From an uncultured Solirubrobacteraceae bacterium (GTDB taxonomy: Bacteria > Actinomycetota > Thermoleophilia > Solirubrobacterales > Solirubrobacteraceae), in the NCBI GenBank assembly GCA_963773145.1, contig CAVYZV010000005.1, positions 366,271 through 430,270 on the forward strand: DNA of 64,000 nt. Reading direction: 5' to 3'. The notes under the pieces were generated by a model. The model saw nothing but the letters and a program-made list of their open reading frames with translations, was not told where the DNA came from and ran no database searches. The translations under genes were made by a program, and so were the position numbers. Below, piece by piece: positions 10,099 through 19,974 of the stretch. Within the stretch, counting starts at the first letter, position 1. Each line of letters begins with the position of its first letter.

Positions 10099-10980
10099 AT
10101 GAGCCAGGATGTTGTGCAGACGGAGCCGCAGGCGCTGGAAGGCCTGCCGGACTTCCCCTTCGAGTCGACCTACAGGGAGGTCAACGGCCTGCGCCTGGCG
10201 CACCTGGACGAGGGCGACGGCCCGCCGGTGATCTTCTTCCACGGCGAGCCGACCTGGTCGTTCCTGTGGCGCAAGGTGATCCCGCCCGTGCGCGATGCCG
10301 GCTTCCGCTGCGTGGCGCCCGACCTGGCCGGCTTCGGGCGCTCGGACAAGCCGACCGACTTCGACTTCTACAGCTACGACCGCCACACCGAGCTTGCGGG
10401 CACGCTGCTGGAGGACCTGGACCTGCGCGACGCCACCGCGGTCGTGCACGACTGGGGCGGACCGATCGGAATGCGCCTGGCGGTCGAACATCCCGACCGG
10501 ATCTCGCGGCTGGTGATCCTCGACACCGGCCTCTTCACCGGGCACCAGAAGATGACCGACGCCTGGATCGCGTTCCGCGACTTCGTCCAGCGCACCGAGG
10601 ACCTGCCCGTGGGGATGCTCGTGCGGGGCGCCTGCAAGACCGACCCCGGCGACGAGGTCATCGCGGCCTACGAAGCGCCCTATCCCAACGCGGCCTCGAA
10701 GGCCGGCGCGCGCGCGTTTCCGCTGATGCTCCCCACGACCCCCGATGCGCCCGGCGCCGCGGCCGGGCAGCGGGTGCTCGACGCGCTGCGCGAGGACCAC
10801 CGCCCGACGCTGATGATGTGGGCCGACTCCGACCCGGTGATCCCGCTCAGCACGGGCGAGCGCTTCGCCGAGGCGATCGGCCGCGAGCGCCCGCGCACGA
10901 TCGAGAACGCGAGCCACTTCCTGCAGGAGGACCAGGGCCCGCTGATCGGCGCGCACATCGCCGAGTGGCTCAGCGCCTGA
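10099..10980 (+). CDS. Haloalkane dehalogenase (alpha/beta hydrolase)
   Basis: FHGEPTWSFLWR, PDLAGFGRSDKP, nucleophile HDWGG, HFLQEDQG. Confidence 0.9.
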   Translation: MSQDVVQTEPQALEGLPDFPFESTYREVNGLRLAHLDEGDGPPVIFFHGEPTWSFLWRKVIPPVRDAGFRCVAPDLAGFGRSDKPTDFDFYSYDRHTELAGTLLEDLDLRDATAVVHDWGGPIGMRLAVEHPDRISRLVILDTGLFTGHQKMTDAWIAFRDFVQRTEDLPVGMLVRGACKTDPGDEVIAAYEAPYPNAASKAGARAFPLMLPTTPDAPGAAAGQRVLDALREDHRPTLMMWADSDPVIPLSTGERFAEAIGRERPRTIENASHFLQEDQGPLIGAHIAEWLSA

Positions 10981-11070
10981 GGGCGCCCGCACGCCCAGCC
11001 GGCTGAGCCCTCGGCCGCGCGCTGGGACGGGGGCAGAGTCCGCGCCGCCGCGACGCCTCGCCGGTAGTTC

Positions 11071-12093
11071 CTAGCCGCCGCCCACCGGCGGCTGCTCGAG
11101 GCCCGGGGCTGCCGGGCCCGGCTGTTCGGTCTCGGCCTCGACCTCGACGGCGGCCTCGTAGGGACCCGTGCCGGAGGCGACGGGTGCCGGCGGGGCGGCG
11201 GTCGCCGCACCCCCGAGCTGCGGCTGCGGCGGCGGGCCCTCGAGGCCCGGCTCCGAGCGGGAGGCGCGCAGCTCGTAGTTGCGGCGGCTCTCGAAGTCGG
11301 CGCCCGCGAGCACCTTGTCGGCCTTGAGCGCGCGGGCGAAGCCCTCGGAGATCGAGCGCGGGAGCACGGCGGTCAGCACCATGTTGCGGCTGGCGGACTT
11401 CGGCACCCACACTTCCACGATCTTGTACTGGAGCGCTTCCACGATCCGGTCGGCCACTTCGCGGGGCTCGAGGTGCTTCATCCCGCGGGCGTCGCCCAGC
11501 CCGGCGCCGAGTTCGGTCTTGACCGCGAACGGCATCACGTAGCTGAGGTCGATCTGGGCACCCATCAGCCTCAGCTCGCCGCGGACGGCCTCGGTCAGGC
11601 CGACAACGGCGTGCTTGGTGGCCGAGTACGTGGCCCCGCCGGGCGCCCCGTACTTGCCGGCCTGGGAGGAGATGTTGATGATGTGGCCGCGGTTGCGGGG
11701 GATCATGCGCTCGAGCGCGAGCTTCATGCCCAGGATCACCCCGTGCAGGTTGATGTCGATCATGCGCCGCGCGGTGAGGTCGTCCTCGTCGATGAAGCGG
11801 CCGATCTGCATGATCCCGGCGTTGTTGACGAGCACGTCGATCGGGCCCAGCTGCTGTTCGGCGCCGTCGAGGAACTCCGAGAAGGCGGAGCGCTCGGTGA
11901 CGTCGAGCGGCAGCGCGATCGTGCTCGCGCCCAGCTCTGAGGCGGTCTTGGCGGCTGCCTCGTAGTCCACGTCGCCTATCGCGACCTTCATGCCCTGTGC
12001 GAGGAGGGCTTCGGCGGTGGCGCGCCCGATCCCCCGGGCGGCACCGGTGATCGCAGCGGTCTCTCCGGCAAGGATGCGGGGCTCTTTGGCCAT
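11071..12093 (-). CDS. Classical SDR oxidoreductase
   Basis: TGAARGIG, DVLVNNAG, YSATK. Confidence 0.9.
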   Translation of the reverse strand: MAKEPRILAGETAAITGAARGIGRATAEALLAQGMKVAIGDVDYEAAAKTASELGASTIALPLDVTERSAFSEFLDGAEQQLGPIDVLVNNAGIMQIGRFIDEDDLTARRMIDINLHGVILGMKLALERMIPRNRGHIINISSQAGKYGAPGGATYSATKHAVVGLTEAVRGELRLMGAQIDLSYVMPFAVKTELGAGLGDARGMKHLEPREVADRIVEALQYKIVEVWVPKSASRNMVLTAVLPRSISEGFARALKADKVLAGADFESRRNYELRASRSEPGLEGPPPQPQLGGAATAAPPAPVASGTGPYEAAVEVEAETEQPGPAAPGLEQPPVGGG

Positions 12094-12214
12094 CTGCTTC
12101 TCCCTAGGTTGCGGCTGTCCCTGTCCGGGCCGGTCTGCTGCGGCCCGCGATGGAGCAAACCTAGCGCGCGGGCGGCGAGGGTGCGATCGGGCCGTCAGTA
12201 CCCTTGTCTGACCC

Positions 12215-13123
12215 ATGCCGTTCTTCAGGTACCAGGGACAGCGGATCCACTACACGGAATTCGCCAACGATGTAAAGCCACCGGCCGAGGCCGCGAGGAG
12301 CACCGCAGCGCGGCGGGGAGCGCGCAGCAACGGCAGCCTGAAGGCCGCCAAGGGCCGCCCGCTGATCCTCCTGCACGGCCTCATGCTGAGCCAGGAGATG
12401 CACCGCCCACTGGCCGAAGAGCTCGCCCGTCGCGGCAATCGCGTGATCACGATGGACCTGCTCGGCCACGGCCGCTCGGACCGGCCACGGGACATGTGGC
12501 GCTACTCGATGGCCATCTACGGGGAGCAGATCGTCGGCCTGATGGATCACCTCGAACTCGAGCAGGCGGCGGTGATGGGCACCTCGCTGGGCGCCAACGC
12601 GGCGCTGGAGGTGGCCTCCCAGCACCCCGAGCGGCTGCGCGGGATGGTGATCGAGATGCCCGTGCTCGACAACGGCCTGCTCGCGAGCGCGCTCGCGTTC
12701 ACGCCCCTGCTCGTGGCGCTGACCTTCGGGGAGCCGATCATGAAGCGCGTGGCGAGCGTGACGCGGGCCGTGCCGCGAGGACTGCTCCCCCACTGGGGCA
12801 ACGTGATGCTCGACGTGATCCGCCAGGAACCCGGGCCCGGCGGCGCCCTGCTGCAGGGACTGTTCTTCGGGCGCGTGGCGCCGCCGCGCAGCGAGCGACG
12901 GAACTTCGAGGTCCCGACGCTCGTGCTCGGCCACCCCCGCGACCCGGTGCACCCCTTCTCCGACGCGGGGATGCTCGCCGCGGAGATGCCCAACGCGCGC
13001 CTGATCGAAGCCAACTCGCTGGTCGAGCTGCGGCTGCAGCCGGACCGCCTGACCGACGAGATCGCTGCCTTCCTGGAGGAACTCTGGGGCCCGCCGCGGG
13101 CGCAAACGCGCCGCCGCCGGTAG
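12215..13123 (+). CDS. Alpha/beta fold hydrolase
   Basis: LLHGL, DLLGHGRS, GTSLG nucleophile elbow. Confidence 0.85.
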   Translation: MPFFRYQGQRIHYTEFANDVKPPAEAARSTAARRGARSNGSLKAAKGRPLILLHGLMLSQEMHRPLAEELARRGNRVITMDLLGHGRSDRPRDMWRYSMAIYGEQIVGLMDHLELEQAAVMGTSLGANAALEVASQHPERLRGMVIEMPVLDNGLLASALAFTPLLVALTFGEPIMKRVASVTRAVPRGLLPHWGNVMLDVIRQEPGPGGALLQGLFFGRVAPPRSERRNFEVPTLVLGHPRDPVHPFSDAGMLAAEMPNARLIEANSLVELRLQPDRLTDEIAAFLEELWGPPRAQTRRRR

Positions 13124-13229
13124 CTCACGCGCAAAAGCGAAAGCCGCAGCGGGTCAGCCCGCAGCGGAGCACCACCCGCTCCAAGAGCCCACGCGCGACA
13201 CGCGCGAAACGGGCCCGCACCTCGCGCCG

Positions 13230-14303
13230 CTAGGTCGCCGGGAAGACTTCCACTTCGCCGACCTTGACGTGGCCGGGCGCGGTGGGTGTGCCGATGGCCG
13301 CCGGGGGCGCCTTGCTGATCCACACCACCAGCTGGCGGAAGCCCACCTTGGGCTTGCGCAGTTTGAAGCGGGTGCTGGTCTTTTTGATCGCCAGCGTGGA
13401 GGACAGCGCCACCCAGCCGGGGTCGGTGATCGAGGTGGGCGCCTGCTTTTCGGCCGTGCCGTAGACCTGTACGACCATCCCCTTGCTGGGGCTGACGAGC
13501 ACGAGCGCCGAGAGCTTCTTCAGCGACTTGAGGTTGATCAGCACGCCCTCGGCCATGCTCGGCGCGGTCGCGGGATTGACCTGGGCGGTCCAGGAGGTGC
13601 CGTGATCGCCGTCGATCGTGAGGCTGGGGTCGCCGAAGAAGCTGGCGGGAAGGTTGTAGGGGTTGTAGGTGGAGGCCGCGTCGGTGTCGAGCAGCAGCGC
13701 GGAGGGCTGGTTGGAGTTCGAGCCTTCGCCGGAGCCGGAGCCTTCGCTCGCGCTCGGGGCGGAGCCCTGCGATTCGCCGTTCGTTCCCGAGCCGGCGGTG
13801 GAGGTCCCGGTGGGGGTCGCCGGTATCGGGGTCGGGGTGGTGGGGACCTTCGGCAGTTTCGAGGGCGCTTTCGGGAGCGGCGTCTTGGTTGACGCCGGCG
13901 GCGTCGCCGGGACGGGAGTCGGGGTCGTCGCCGGGGGCGGCGTGGCCGGCGCCTGGGCCACGATGTGGGTGACCGTGGGCTGGGTCGGGGAGTGCTGGTT
14001 GAGCGCCGCCACGGCGGCTGCGGCGGCACCGAGGCCCAGCGCGGCGATGACGGCCACGATCAGGCCGGTCGAGCGCCAGGGCGAGCGCTCGAGCGCGCCC
14101 GGACCGGCGGCGCCGCACTGCAGGCACCATTCCTGTGCGGACTCCATCGGGGCGCCGCAGTTCGGGCACGGATGGCTCGCCGACGCGCCGGCTGGTCCAC
14201 CGCTGGATGCGGCGGACGTGGCGGCGTTATCGGCCTGGTCGGCCTGGTCGGCCTGCGGCTCGCGCTCCGGAGCGGCCGGCTGCTCGTCAACGAGCGTCGA
14301 CAT
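13230..14303 (-). CDS. Zn-ribbon + TM + Pro/Thr linker + extracellular beta-sandwich (discoidin/galactose-binding-like) protein
   Basis: CPNCG..WCLQCG, single TM helix, IDGDHGTSW motif. TAAAAT -10 box 8 nt upstream of ATG. Confidence 0.7.
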   Translation of the reverse strand: MSTLVDEQPAAPEREPQADQADQADNAATSAASSGGPAGASASHPCPNCGAPMESAQEWCLQCGAAGPGALERSPWRSTGLIVAVIAALGLGAAAAAVAALNQHSPTQPTVTHIVAQAPATPPPATTPTPVPATPPASTKTPLPKAPSKLPKVPTTPTPIPATPTGTSTAGSGTNGESQGSAPSASEGSGSGEGSNSNQPSALLLDTDAASTYNPYNLPASFFGDPSLTIDGDHGTSWTAQVNPATAPSMAEGVLINLKSLKKLSALVLVSPSKGMVVQVYGTAEKQAPTSITDPGWVALSSTLAIKKTSTRFKLRKPKVGFRQLVVWISKAPPAAIGTPTAPGHVKVGEVEVFPAT

Positions 14304-14397
14304 ACGGGCGGATTTTACCCGTGGCGCCCGTTGCGTAAGCCGCCCGCAGGGCACGATGCCGTTCGGAGCGACCGCAAAGCCGCGGCGGCGGGCCGCC

Positions 14398-15397
14398 TCA
14401 GCCCGGCGGCGGGGGGCCACCCGGCACGATCTCGCGGCCGGTCGGGCGCAGCTGCTGATCGAGCTCGAGCTGCCAGTAGTAGCGGCTGAAGCTCATGCCG
14501 GCGTTGAACTCCCCCACGTGCGGCTCGGGCTCCTCGCCCGCGGCCATCCGCACGATCAGCTCCGGATAGCTGCGGCCCGGCAGGGCCGCGTAGGCCGGTG
14601 CCGGGAAGGCGCCGCCGAAGCGCGTGTTCACGTCGGTGATGGCGACGCCGATGTCCGGGTCGCGGAACACCTGGATCGTCGCCGGACCGCGCACCCGCAG
14701 GCGTTCCATCACGGATACGCCCGAGCTCGATCAGCTCCTCGTCGTGGATCACCTGGCCCTTGATCGACTCGCCGCCCCGAGACTCCAGCATCGTCCTCGG
14801 GATCGCGTTCAGGCAGCGGCCCTGCTGGTCGCCGAGGCAGTCGATCGACAGCTCAGGCCCCCCCATCGCGCGCTGGACCATCGTCGGCTCCGGCACGTAG
14901 TCGACGAAGAAGCGCGCCTGCGCGGGGTCCCGCGCGAGGTGGATCGAGCGCGCCCCCGAGCCGCGGCGGGGCTTGACCATGACCGGGTAGTCGAGCGCGT
15001 CGAGGTCCTCCTGCGGCAGCACGGTCGGGGGCGAGGGCAGCGCATGGCGCCCCAGCAGCAGGTGGGCCTCGTACTTGTCGTAGGTAGCCCGGGCCACCTC
15101 CGAGGAGGGCACGAGCGCGGGCAGCACGCCTTGCTCGCGGGCGAGCGCGAGCACCTCGATGTCCAGGTCGGTGAGCGGCAGCACGGCTCCCACGCCGTGC
15201 TCCTCGCACAGCGCTGCCAGCGCGGGCACGTAGGCGTCGTCGGCGATCAGCGGCACCGCCGTGTGCACGTGGGCGGCGTACTGGGCGGGCGCGAGCGGGG
15301 CGGGGTCCGCCACCACGGTCCTCGTCAGCCGGGCGAAGCAGCTGACGATGTCGTAGCGCTTCCCGGCTCCGGTGAGCAGCACCGCGGGCGGGCTCAC
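14398..15397 (-). CDS. ATP-grasp domain protein (CarB-like, polysaccharide-locus type), frameshift near 14713
   Basis: DKYEAH, YPVMVKPRRGSGA, ELSID, then DVNTRFGGAFP in the next frame. GTGA overlap with the sugar transferase stop. Confidence 0.8.
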
Positions 15398-15987
15398 ATG
15401 CGTCCCTCCCAGCCACCGGTCTCGCCCTTGTACACGCCCGAGCCGCCGAGCACCAGCGCCACGCTGCGCCGCAGGATCTGCAGATCCAAGGCCAGCGAGC
15501 GGTGTTCGATGTAGTACAGGTCGAGCTCGATCCGCTCCGCCCACGGCAGCGAGGCGCGGCCGTTGACCTGGGCCCAGCCGGTGATCCCGGGCTTGACCGC
15601 CAGGCGCCCACGCTGGCGCTCGGTGTACTGCTCCACCTGGGCGGGGAGGGTCGGCCGCGGCCCGATCAGCGACATCTCCCCGCGCAGCACGTTGACGAGG
15701 TTGGGCAGCTCATCCAATGAGGTGCGCCGCAGCAGCGCCCCGACACGCGTGATGCGAGCGTCGTTCTGGTTGATCGCGAGGCCCGCGCCGACGTGCTCGG
15801 CGCCGCTCACCATGGTGCGCAGTTTCAGCATCTCGAAGGGCCGGCCCCGCAGCCCGGCGCGACGCTGGCGGTAGAGGACACCGCCCGGACTCTCGAGCCG
15901 GATCGCGAGGGCCGACAGCGCCAGCACGGGGCTGGTCAGCAGCAGCCCCCCGGCGGAGGCCAGGATGTCGATCACGCGTCGCAGCAC
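15394..15987 (-). CDS. Priming phosphoglycosyl transferase (bacterial sugar transferase, WcaJ/PglC-like)
   Basis: KLRTM, LRRTSLDELPNLVNVLRGEMSLIGPRP, KPGITGWAQV, DLYYI. Confidence 0.93.
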   Translation of the reverse strand: MLRRVIDILASAGGLLLTSPVLALSALAIRLESPGGVLYRQRRAGLRGRPFEMLKLRTMVSGAEHVGAGLAINQNDARITRVGALLRRTSLDELPNLVNVLRGEMSLIGPRPTLPAQVEQYTERQRGRLAVKPGITGWAQVNGRASLPWAERIELDLYYIEHRSLALDLQILRRSVALVLGGSGVYKGETGGWEGRM

Positions 15988-15997
15988 GGGCGAACTT

Positions 15998-17143
15998 CTA
16001 GCGTGTTCCCTCCGCGGCCTCCCAGGAGGCGCTCGTGCCGTGGCGCAGCCAGTCCCACAGCCCGGCGGCGCAGGAGGCCGTGGTGAACACGTAGTAGCGC
16101 GCGATCAGGAACGCCCGCAGCGGCAGCGCCCCTGCCAGCGCGGCGGCCGCCAGCAGCGCCAGCTGCAGCACGAGCGTGACCGTGTACACGACACCCGCAC
16201 CGAGCGCCACCAGGGCGATGTTGCAGATCAGCGCGGTCGCGTGCAGGCCCGGTGAGCTGTAGCGCAGCAGCCGGTGGGAGATCACCATCAGGGCATACCC
16301 CGGCGGGTATCCGCGCATCGAGAGCATCCCTCCCTGCAGCAGGATCGGCCAGGTGTGGCTCATCATCCTGCGCTTGCGCTCGAACTCCCCCTCCAGCGAG
16401 GGGACCATCTTCTCGCTGGCGCGGGCGCTGGGAACGTAGACCGCGCGCAGCCCCTCCTTGACGATGTTGAAGGGCAGCGAGAGGTCGTGGCCCATGATCG
16501 GGTCCACGACGATGTAGCTGTCGCGCCGGGTCGCGTAGATGGCGCCGTTGCCCGCCGTGATCGAGGACAGGCGCGACTCGAGCTCGCGCAGCGAGAGCTC
16601 ATAGCGCCAGTACAGCCCCTCCTGGTTGGTGGCCCCGTCCGCGGCCGTGAACTGGACCTGCCCGCAGGCGTAGCCCACCTCGTCATCGGCGAAGGCCGCG
16701 ACCAGCTCCCTGGCCGCGTCCGCATCCCACGAGGAGTTCGCGTCGGAGAAGGCCAGCAGCTCTCCGCGCGCCCTCGCCACGGCCGCGTCCTGGGCGCGGA
16801 TCTTGCCCTCCCGTGGCAGCTCGAGCACCAGATCCGCGCCGGCACGCCGGGCGCGCTCGGCGGTCTCGTCGCCGCAGCCGTCGCAGGCCACGATCACCTC
16901 CAGCCGCTCGCGGGGGTAGTCGAGTGCGAGCGCGTTGGCGACCTTGGCGGCGATCACGTCCTGCTCGTCGTGGGCGGCGATGATCAGCGACAGCGCGGGC
17001 AGCTCCGGCCCCGCTGCCGCGAGCGCCCGCGCGGGCGCCGGGCCGTGCAGGCGGGCCACGAGCGCGAGCGCGAGCCGGTAACCGACCTGCGTCCACACCA
17101 GCAGAGCGCAGGAGAGCCAGAACAGGAACGCGAGCAGGGTCAT
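15998..17143 (-). CDS. Glycosyltransferase family 2
   Basis: IIAAHDE, FSDAN, GNGAIYATR, terminal TM helices. Confidence 0.9.
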   Translation of the reverse strand: MTLLAFLFWLSCALLVWTQVGYRLALALVARLHGPAPARALAAAGPELPALSLIIAAHDEQDVIAAKVANALALDYPRERLEVIVACDGCGDETAERARRAGADLVLELPREGKIRAQDAAVARARGELLAFSDANSSWDADAARELVAAFADDEVGYACGQVQFTAADGATNQEGLYWRYELSLRELESRLSSITAGNGAIYATRRDSYIVVDPIMGHDLSLPFNIVKEGLRAVYVPSARASEKMVPSLEGEFERKRRMMSHTWPILLQGGMLSMRGYPPGYALMVISHRLLRYSSPGLHATALICNIALVALGAGVVYTVTLVLQLALLAAAALAGALPLRAFLIARYYVFTTASCAAGLWDWLRHGTSASWEAAEGTR

Positions 17144-17174
17144 GGGAGCCTCATCCGGGGCATCATCGCGGCGG

Positions 17175-18278
17175 TCACCTCAGCAGCGAGGCGTAGAGCT
17201 CGACCGTCTGCCTCGCGACCGACCGCCAGCTGTAGGGGCCGCGGGCGGCAGCCAGCGCACTGTGGCTCATCCGCTCGCGCTCGTTCGCGTCGGCCAGCAG
17301 CTCCTGTAGCGACGCGCGCAGGGCCTCGGGGCGGCCGGCTCCGAACACGCGCGCCGCACCCGTGGCGGCGAGCTCCGGGAAGGCGCCCACGTCGCTCAGC
17401 AGCAGCGGCCTGCCGAACGCCAGCGCCGTGAACAGCACCCCCGAGGCCTCGGCCTCGCGGTAGGGGAGCACGACGAGCTGGGCGCGCGCGAACAGCGCCG
17501 GCAGCTCGTCGTCGGCGACGAAGCGCTCGTCGAAGCGCACGCTGGCGGGCGCGCGGGCGCGCAGATGAGCCGTGTCCATCCGTGCCATGCCGACGATCCA
17601 CAGCTCGGCGCCGTCGAGGCCCTCACCCCACGCGTCGAGCAGCAGGTCGATCCCCTTGTACGGGCGCATCAGGCCGAAGCACAGCACCACCGGCGGGGAC
17701 TCCCCCCCGGCGGGCGGCTGCGGCGCCGTCGGCGGCGCCGGTTGGGTGGCGAGGTGCTCGAAGGCGCCGTGCGGGATCACGTGCACGCGCGCCTCCTCCA
17801 CGCCCAGCTCCTCGACGAGCCGGCGGGCGCCGTGGCGGGAATGGGCGACGACGGCGTCGAAGCGCCGGTACAGGCGCCGCTGGGCGCGGCGCTGCCCGGG
17901 CCGGGGCTCGCGCGGGAGGATGTCGTGCGCCGTCAGCACCAGCGGTCGCCCGTGGGGCAGCAGCAGGCCGTCGAGCTGCTGCAGCGTGAGCCACTGGAAG
18001 TGCACGAGCTGCGACGAGCGGGCCGCGCGGCGGTAGGCGAGCATGTCCGGGACGTGCTCGAGGAGCTTGACCGCCCTGCGCGGACCCGGCCGGCCGACGC
18101 GGGCGGCCACGCGGTAGAAGCTCTCGCGGCGCTCGTAGCCGCGGGGCTCCGGGACCCCGCCGTAGGCGAAGCGACTCGTGTAGAGGGTCACGTCGACGCC
18201 CTCGGCGGCCAGCGCCGAGCAGAGCGCGTGGTCGTAGGGTGGCGTGTAGGCGGAGGGGTCGACGACGTGGACGCGCAT
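17175..18278 (-). CDS. Glycosyltransferase family 4
   Basis: LTAHD, VIPHG, FGLMRPYKG, LPYREAEASGV, SDVG. Confidence 0.9.
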   Translation of the reverse strand: MRVHVVDPSAYTPPYDHALCSALAAEGVDVTLYTSRFAYGGVPEPRGYERRESFYRVAARVGRPGPRRAVKLLEHVPDMLAYRRAARSSQLVHFQWLTLQQLDGLLLPHGRPLVLTAHDILPREPRPGQRRAQRRLYRRFDAVVAHSRHGARRLVEELGVEEARVHVIPHGAFEHLATQPAPPTAPQPPAGGESPPVVLCFGLMRPYKGIDLLLDAWGEGLDGAELWIVGMARMDTAHLRARAPASVRFDERFVADDELPALFARAQLVVLPYREAEASGVLFTALAFGRPLLLSDVGAFPELAATGAARVFGAGRPEALRASLQELLADANERERMSHSALAAARGPYSWRSVARQTVELYASLLR

Positions 18279-18301
18279 CGGAGGTCGGGACAATATGGGC
18301 G

Positions 18302-19267
18302 ATGGACGCCCCCGAGCTGAGCTTTTGCGTCGTGGCGACCGCCAAGCGGGAGCTGCTCTCCAGGTGCCTCGACGCGATCGCCCGCGAGCGGGAGGCGTTG
18401 CCGTTCGCCACCCGGACGCTGGTCTTGGACAACTGCTCACGCGACGGCAGCGCCGAGCTCGCACGCGCCCACCCGGCGGTGGACGAGACGATCGCGCTGG
18501 AGCGCCGCACCGGCAAGGGCACCAACGACTCGCAGCTGCTCGCCCGCGCCGGCGGCCGCTACGCGCTGCTGCTCAACGAGGACTCAGAGCTCCGCCCCGG
18601 GGCCACGATCGCCCTCTGGCGGGCCTTGCAGGAGCACCCCCGGGCGGCCCTCGCCGGAGCGCTCCTGCTGGCTCCCGACGGCCGCCCGCAGCCGTGCGCC
18701 TGGAGGTTCCCCTCGCCGGCGAGCGCGCTCGCCTTCGCGCTCGGGCTGCAGCGCATGCTGGTCGTGCAGAGCCGCGGCAAGGACGTCCGCGAGGTGGATT
18801 GGTGCCAGTCCTCGGCGCTGCTGGTGCGCCGCGACGCCGCCGCACAGGTGGGCTACCTCGACCCGGAGTTCTTCGTCTACTCCGACGAGGTCGACTTCGC
18901 CCGCCGGCTGCGTGACGCGGGCTGGGAGAGCCTGTACGTGCCCGGGGCGCAGGCGGTGCACCACGAGCAGCTCTCCAACGACCCCGTCGGCGGGCGGGCC
19001 CGGATCGTCGAACTGTCGCGCAACCGTGACCTCTACATGCGCAAGCACCACTCGCCCCGGGCCGCTCGCGCCGTGCGCTGGCTGACCGCGCTGGCGTACG
19101 CCGAGCGGGCGCTGCTCGCACTGCTCGCGCCGGGGCACAGCGCGCGGCGCTACTGGGCCCATGTCCGCGCCACCCTGCGACCCGGTCGCGGGGAGGGCGT
19201 GCGCGAGGCGGCCGAACGCTTGAACGCCTCGCTGCCCGCGGACGCCGACGCGCCGGCGGCGGGCTAG
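18302..19267 (+). CDS. Glycosyltransferase family 2 (WbbL/rhamnosyltransferase-like)
   Basis: LDNCSRDGS, LLLNED, LDPEFFVYSDEVDFARR. Divergent from GT4 with only 23 bp between starts. Confidence 0.88.
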   Translation: MDAPELSFCVVATAKRELLSRCLDAIAREREALPFATRTLVLDNCSRDGSAELARAHPAVDETIALERRTGKGTNDSQLLARAGGRYALLLNEDSELRPGATIALWRALQEHPRAALAGALLLAPDGRPQPCAWRFPSPASALAFALGLQRMLVVQSRGKDVREVDWCQSSALLVRRDAAAQVGYLDPEFFVYSDEVDFARRLRDAGWESLYVPGAQAVHHEQLSNDPVGGRARIVELSRNRDLYMRKHHSPRAARAVRWLTALAYAERALLALLAPGHSARRYWAHVRATLRPGRGEGVREAAERLNASLPADADAPAAG

Positions 19268-19319
19268 CAGGCCTCCCGGCCGGGCGCGTGGCTGCGGGCC
19301 GTCCCGGCCGAGGCGCCGC

Positions 19320-19868
19320 TCAGAAGTCCAGCACGCCGGTCTCGGCCAGCGCGGCGGCGCGATTGATGAAGAACCGGCAAAGCACGATCTGCCCGTGGCG
19401 CAGCCTGAACAGCGACGCGTGACGGGTCTCCAGTTCGATGCCGTAGCGGCCCCTCACGCGCAGGCAGGTGGGCACTATCACCGTGTCGCCACCGACGAGC
19501 ACCTCCTCGGCGTCGACCTGCACGCGCTCGAATAGCTCGTGGAAGGTCCCCATGAAGCGCAGCGCCTGCTCGTGGCCGCGGTACACGCCCCGCTCCAGGC
19601 CGGGCGAGCGGGTCCAGTCGAAGACGGCGTCTTGATCGGCGTCGCGCAGGGCCCTCTCCAGCTCGCCTCGCGAGAAGGCCTCGATCGCGCGGCGCACGAT
19701 CTCGAGGTTCTCACTCCAGCGGGCCGGCGCAAGCGACTCGAACGCCGCCAGCGCGTCGTCCTCGTCCGGGCGCAGCTTCCACATCGCGCGGCGCCCGCCG
19801 GGCAGCCACACGAGTTCGACATTCCCGCAGCGCGCGCCGCTGGCGAGGCTGAAGCTGGTCTGTTGCAT
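19320..19868 (-). CDS. SnoaL/NTF2-like domain protein
   Basis: SENLEIVRRAIEAFSRG, GVYRGHE, FRLRHGQIV. AGGA RBS upstream. Confidence 0.75.
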   Translation of the reverse strand: MQQTSFSLASGARCGNVELVWLPGGRRAMWKLRPDEDDALAAFESLAPARWSENLEIVRRAIEAFSRGELERALRDADQDAVFDWTRSPGLERGVYRGHEQALRFMGTFHELFERVQVDAEEVLVGGDTVIVPTCLRVRGRYGIELETRHASLFRLRHGQIVLCRFFINRAAALAETGVLDF

Positions 19869-19974
19869 GTTCCTACAGACGCCGCGACGTACAACTCCTT
19901 TCGCACCGGTGATGCGCCGGGGGCACAACCGGTCCTTCCCTCCTAGACGTTTTGGCGTACGCGGTGCGCCGCGC

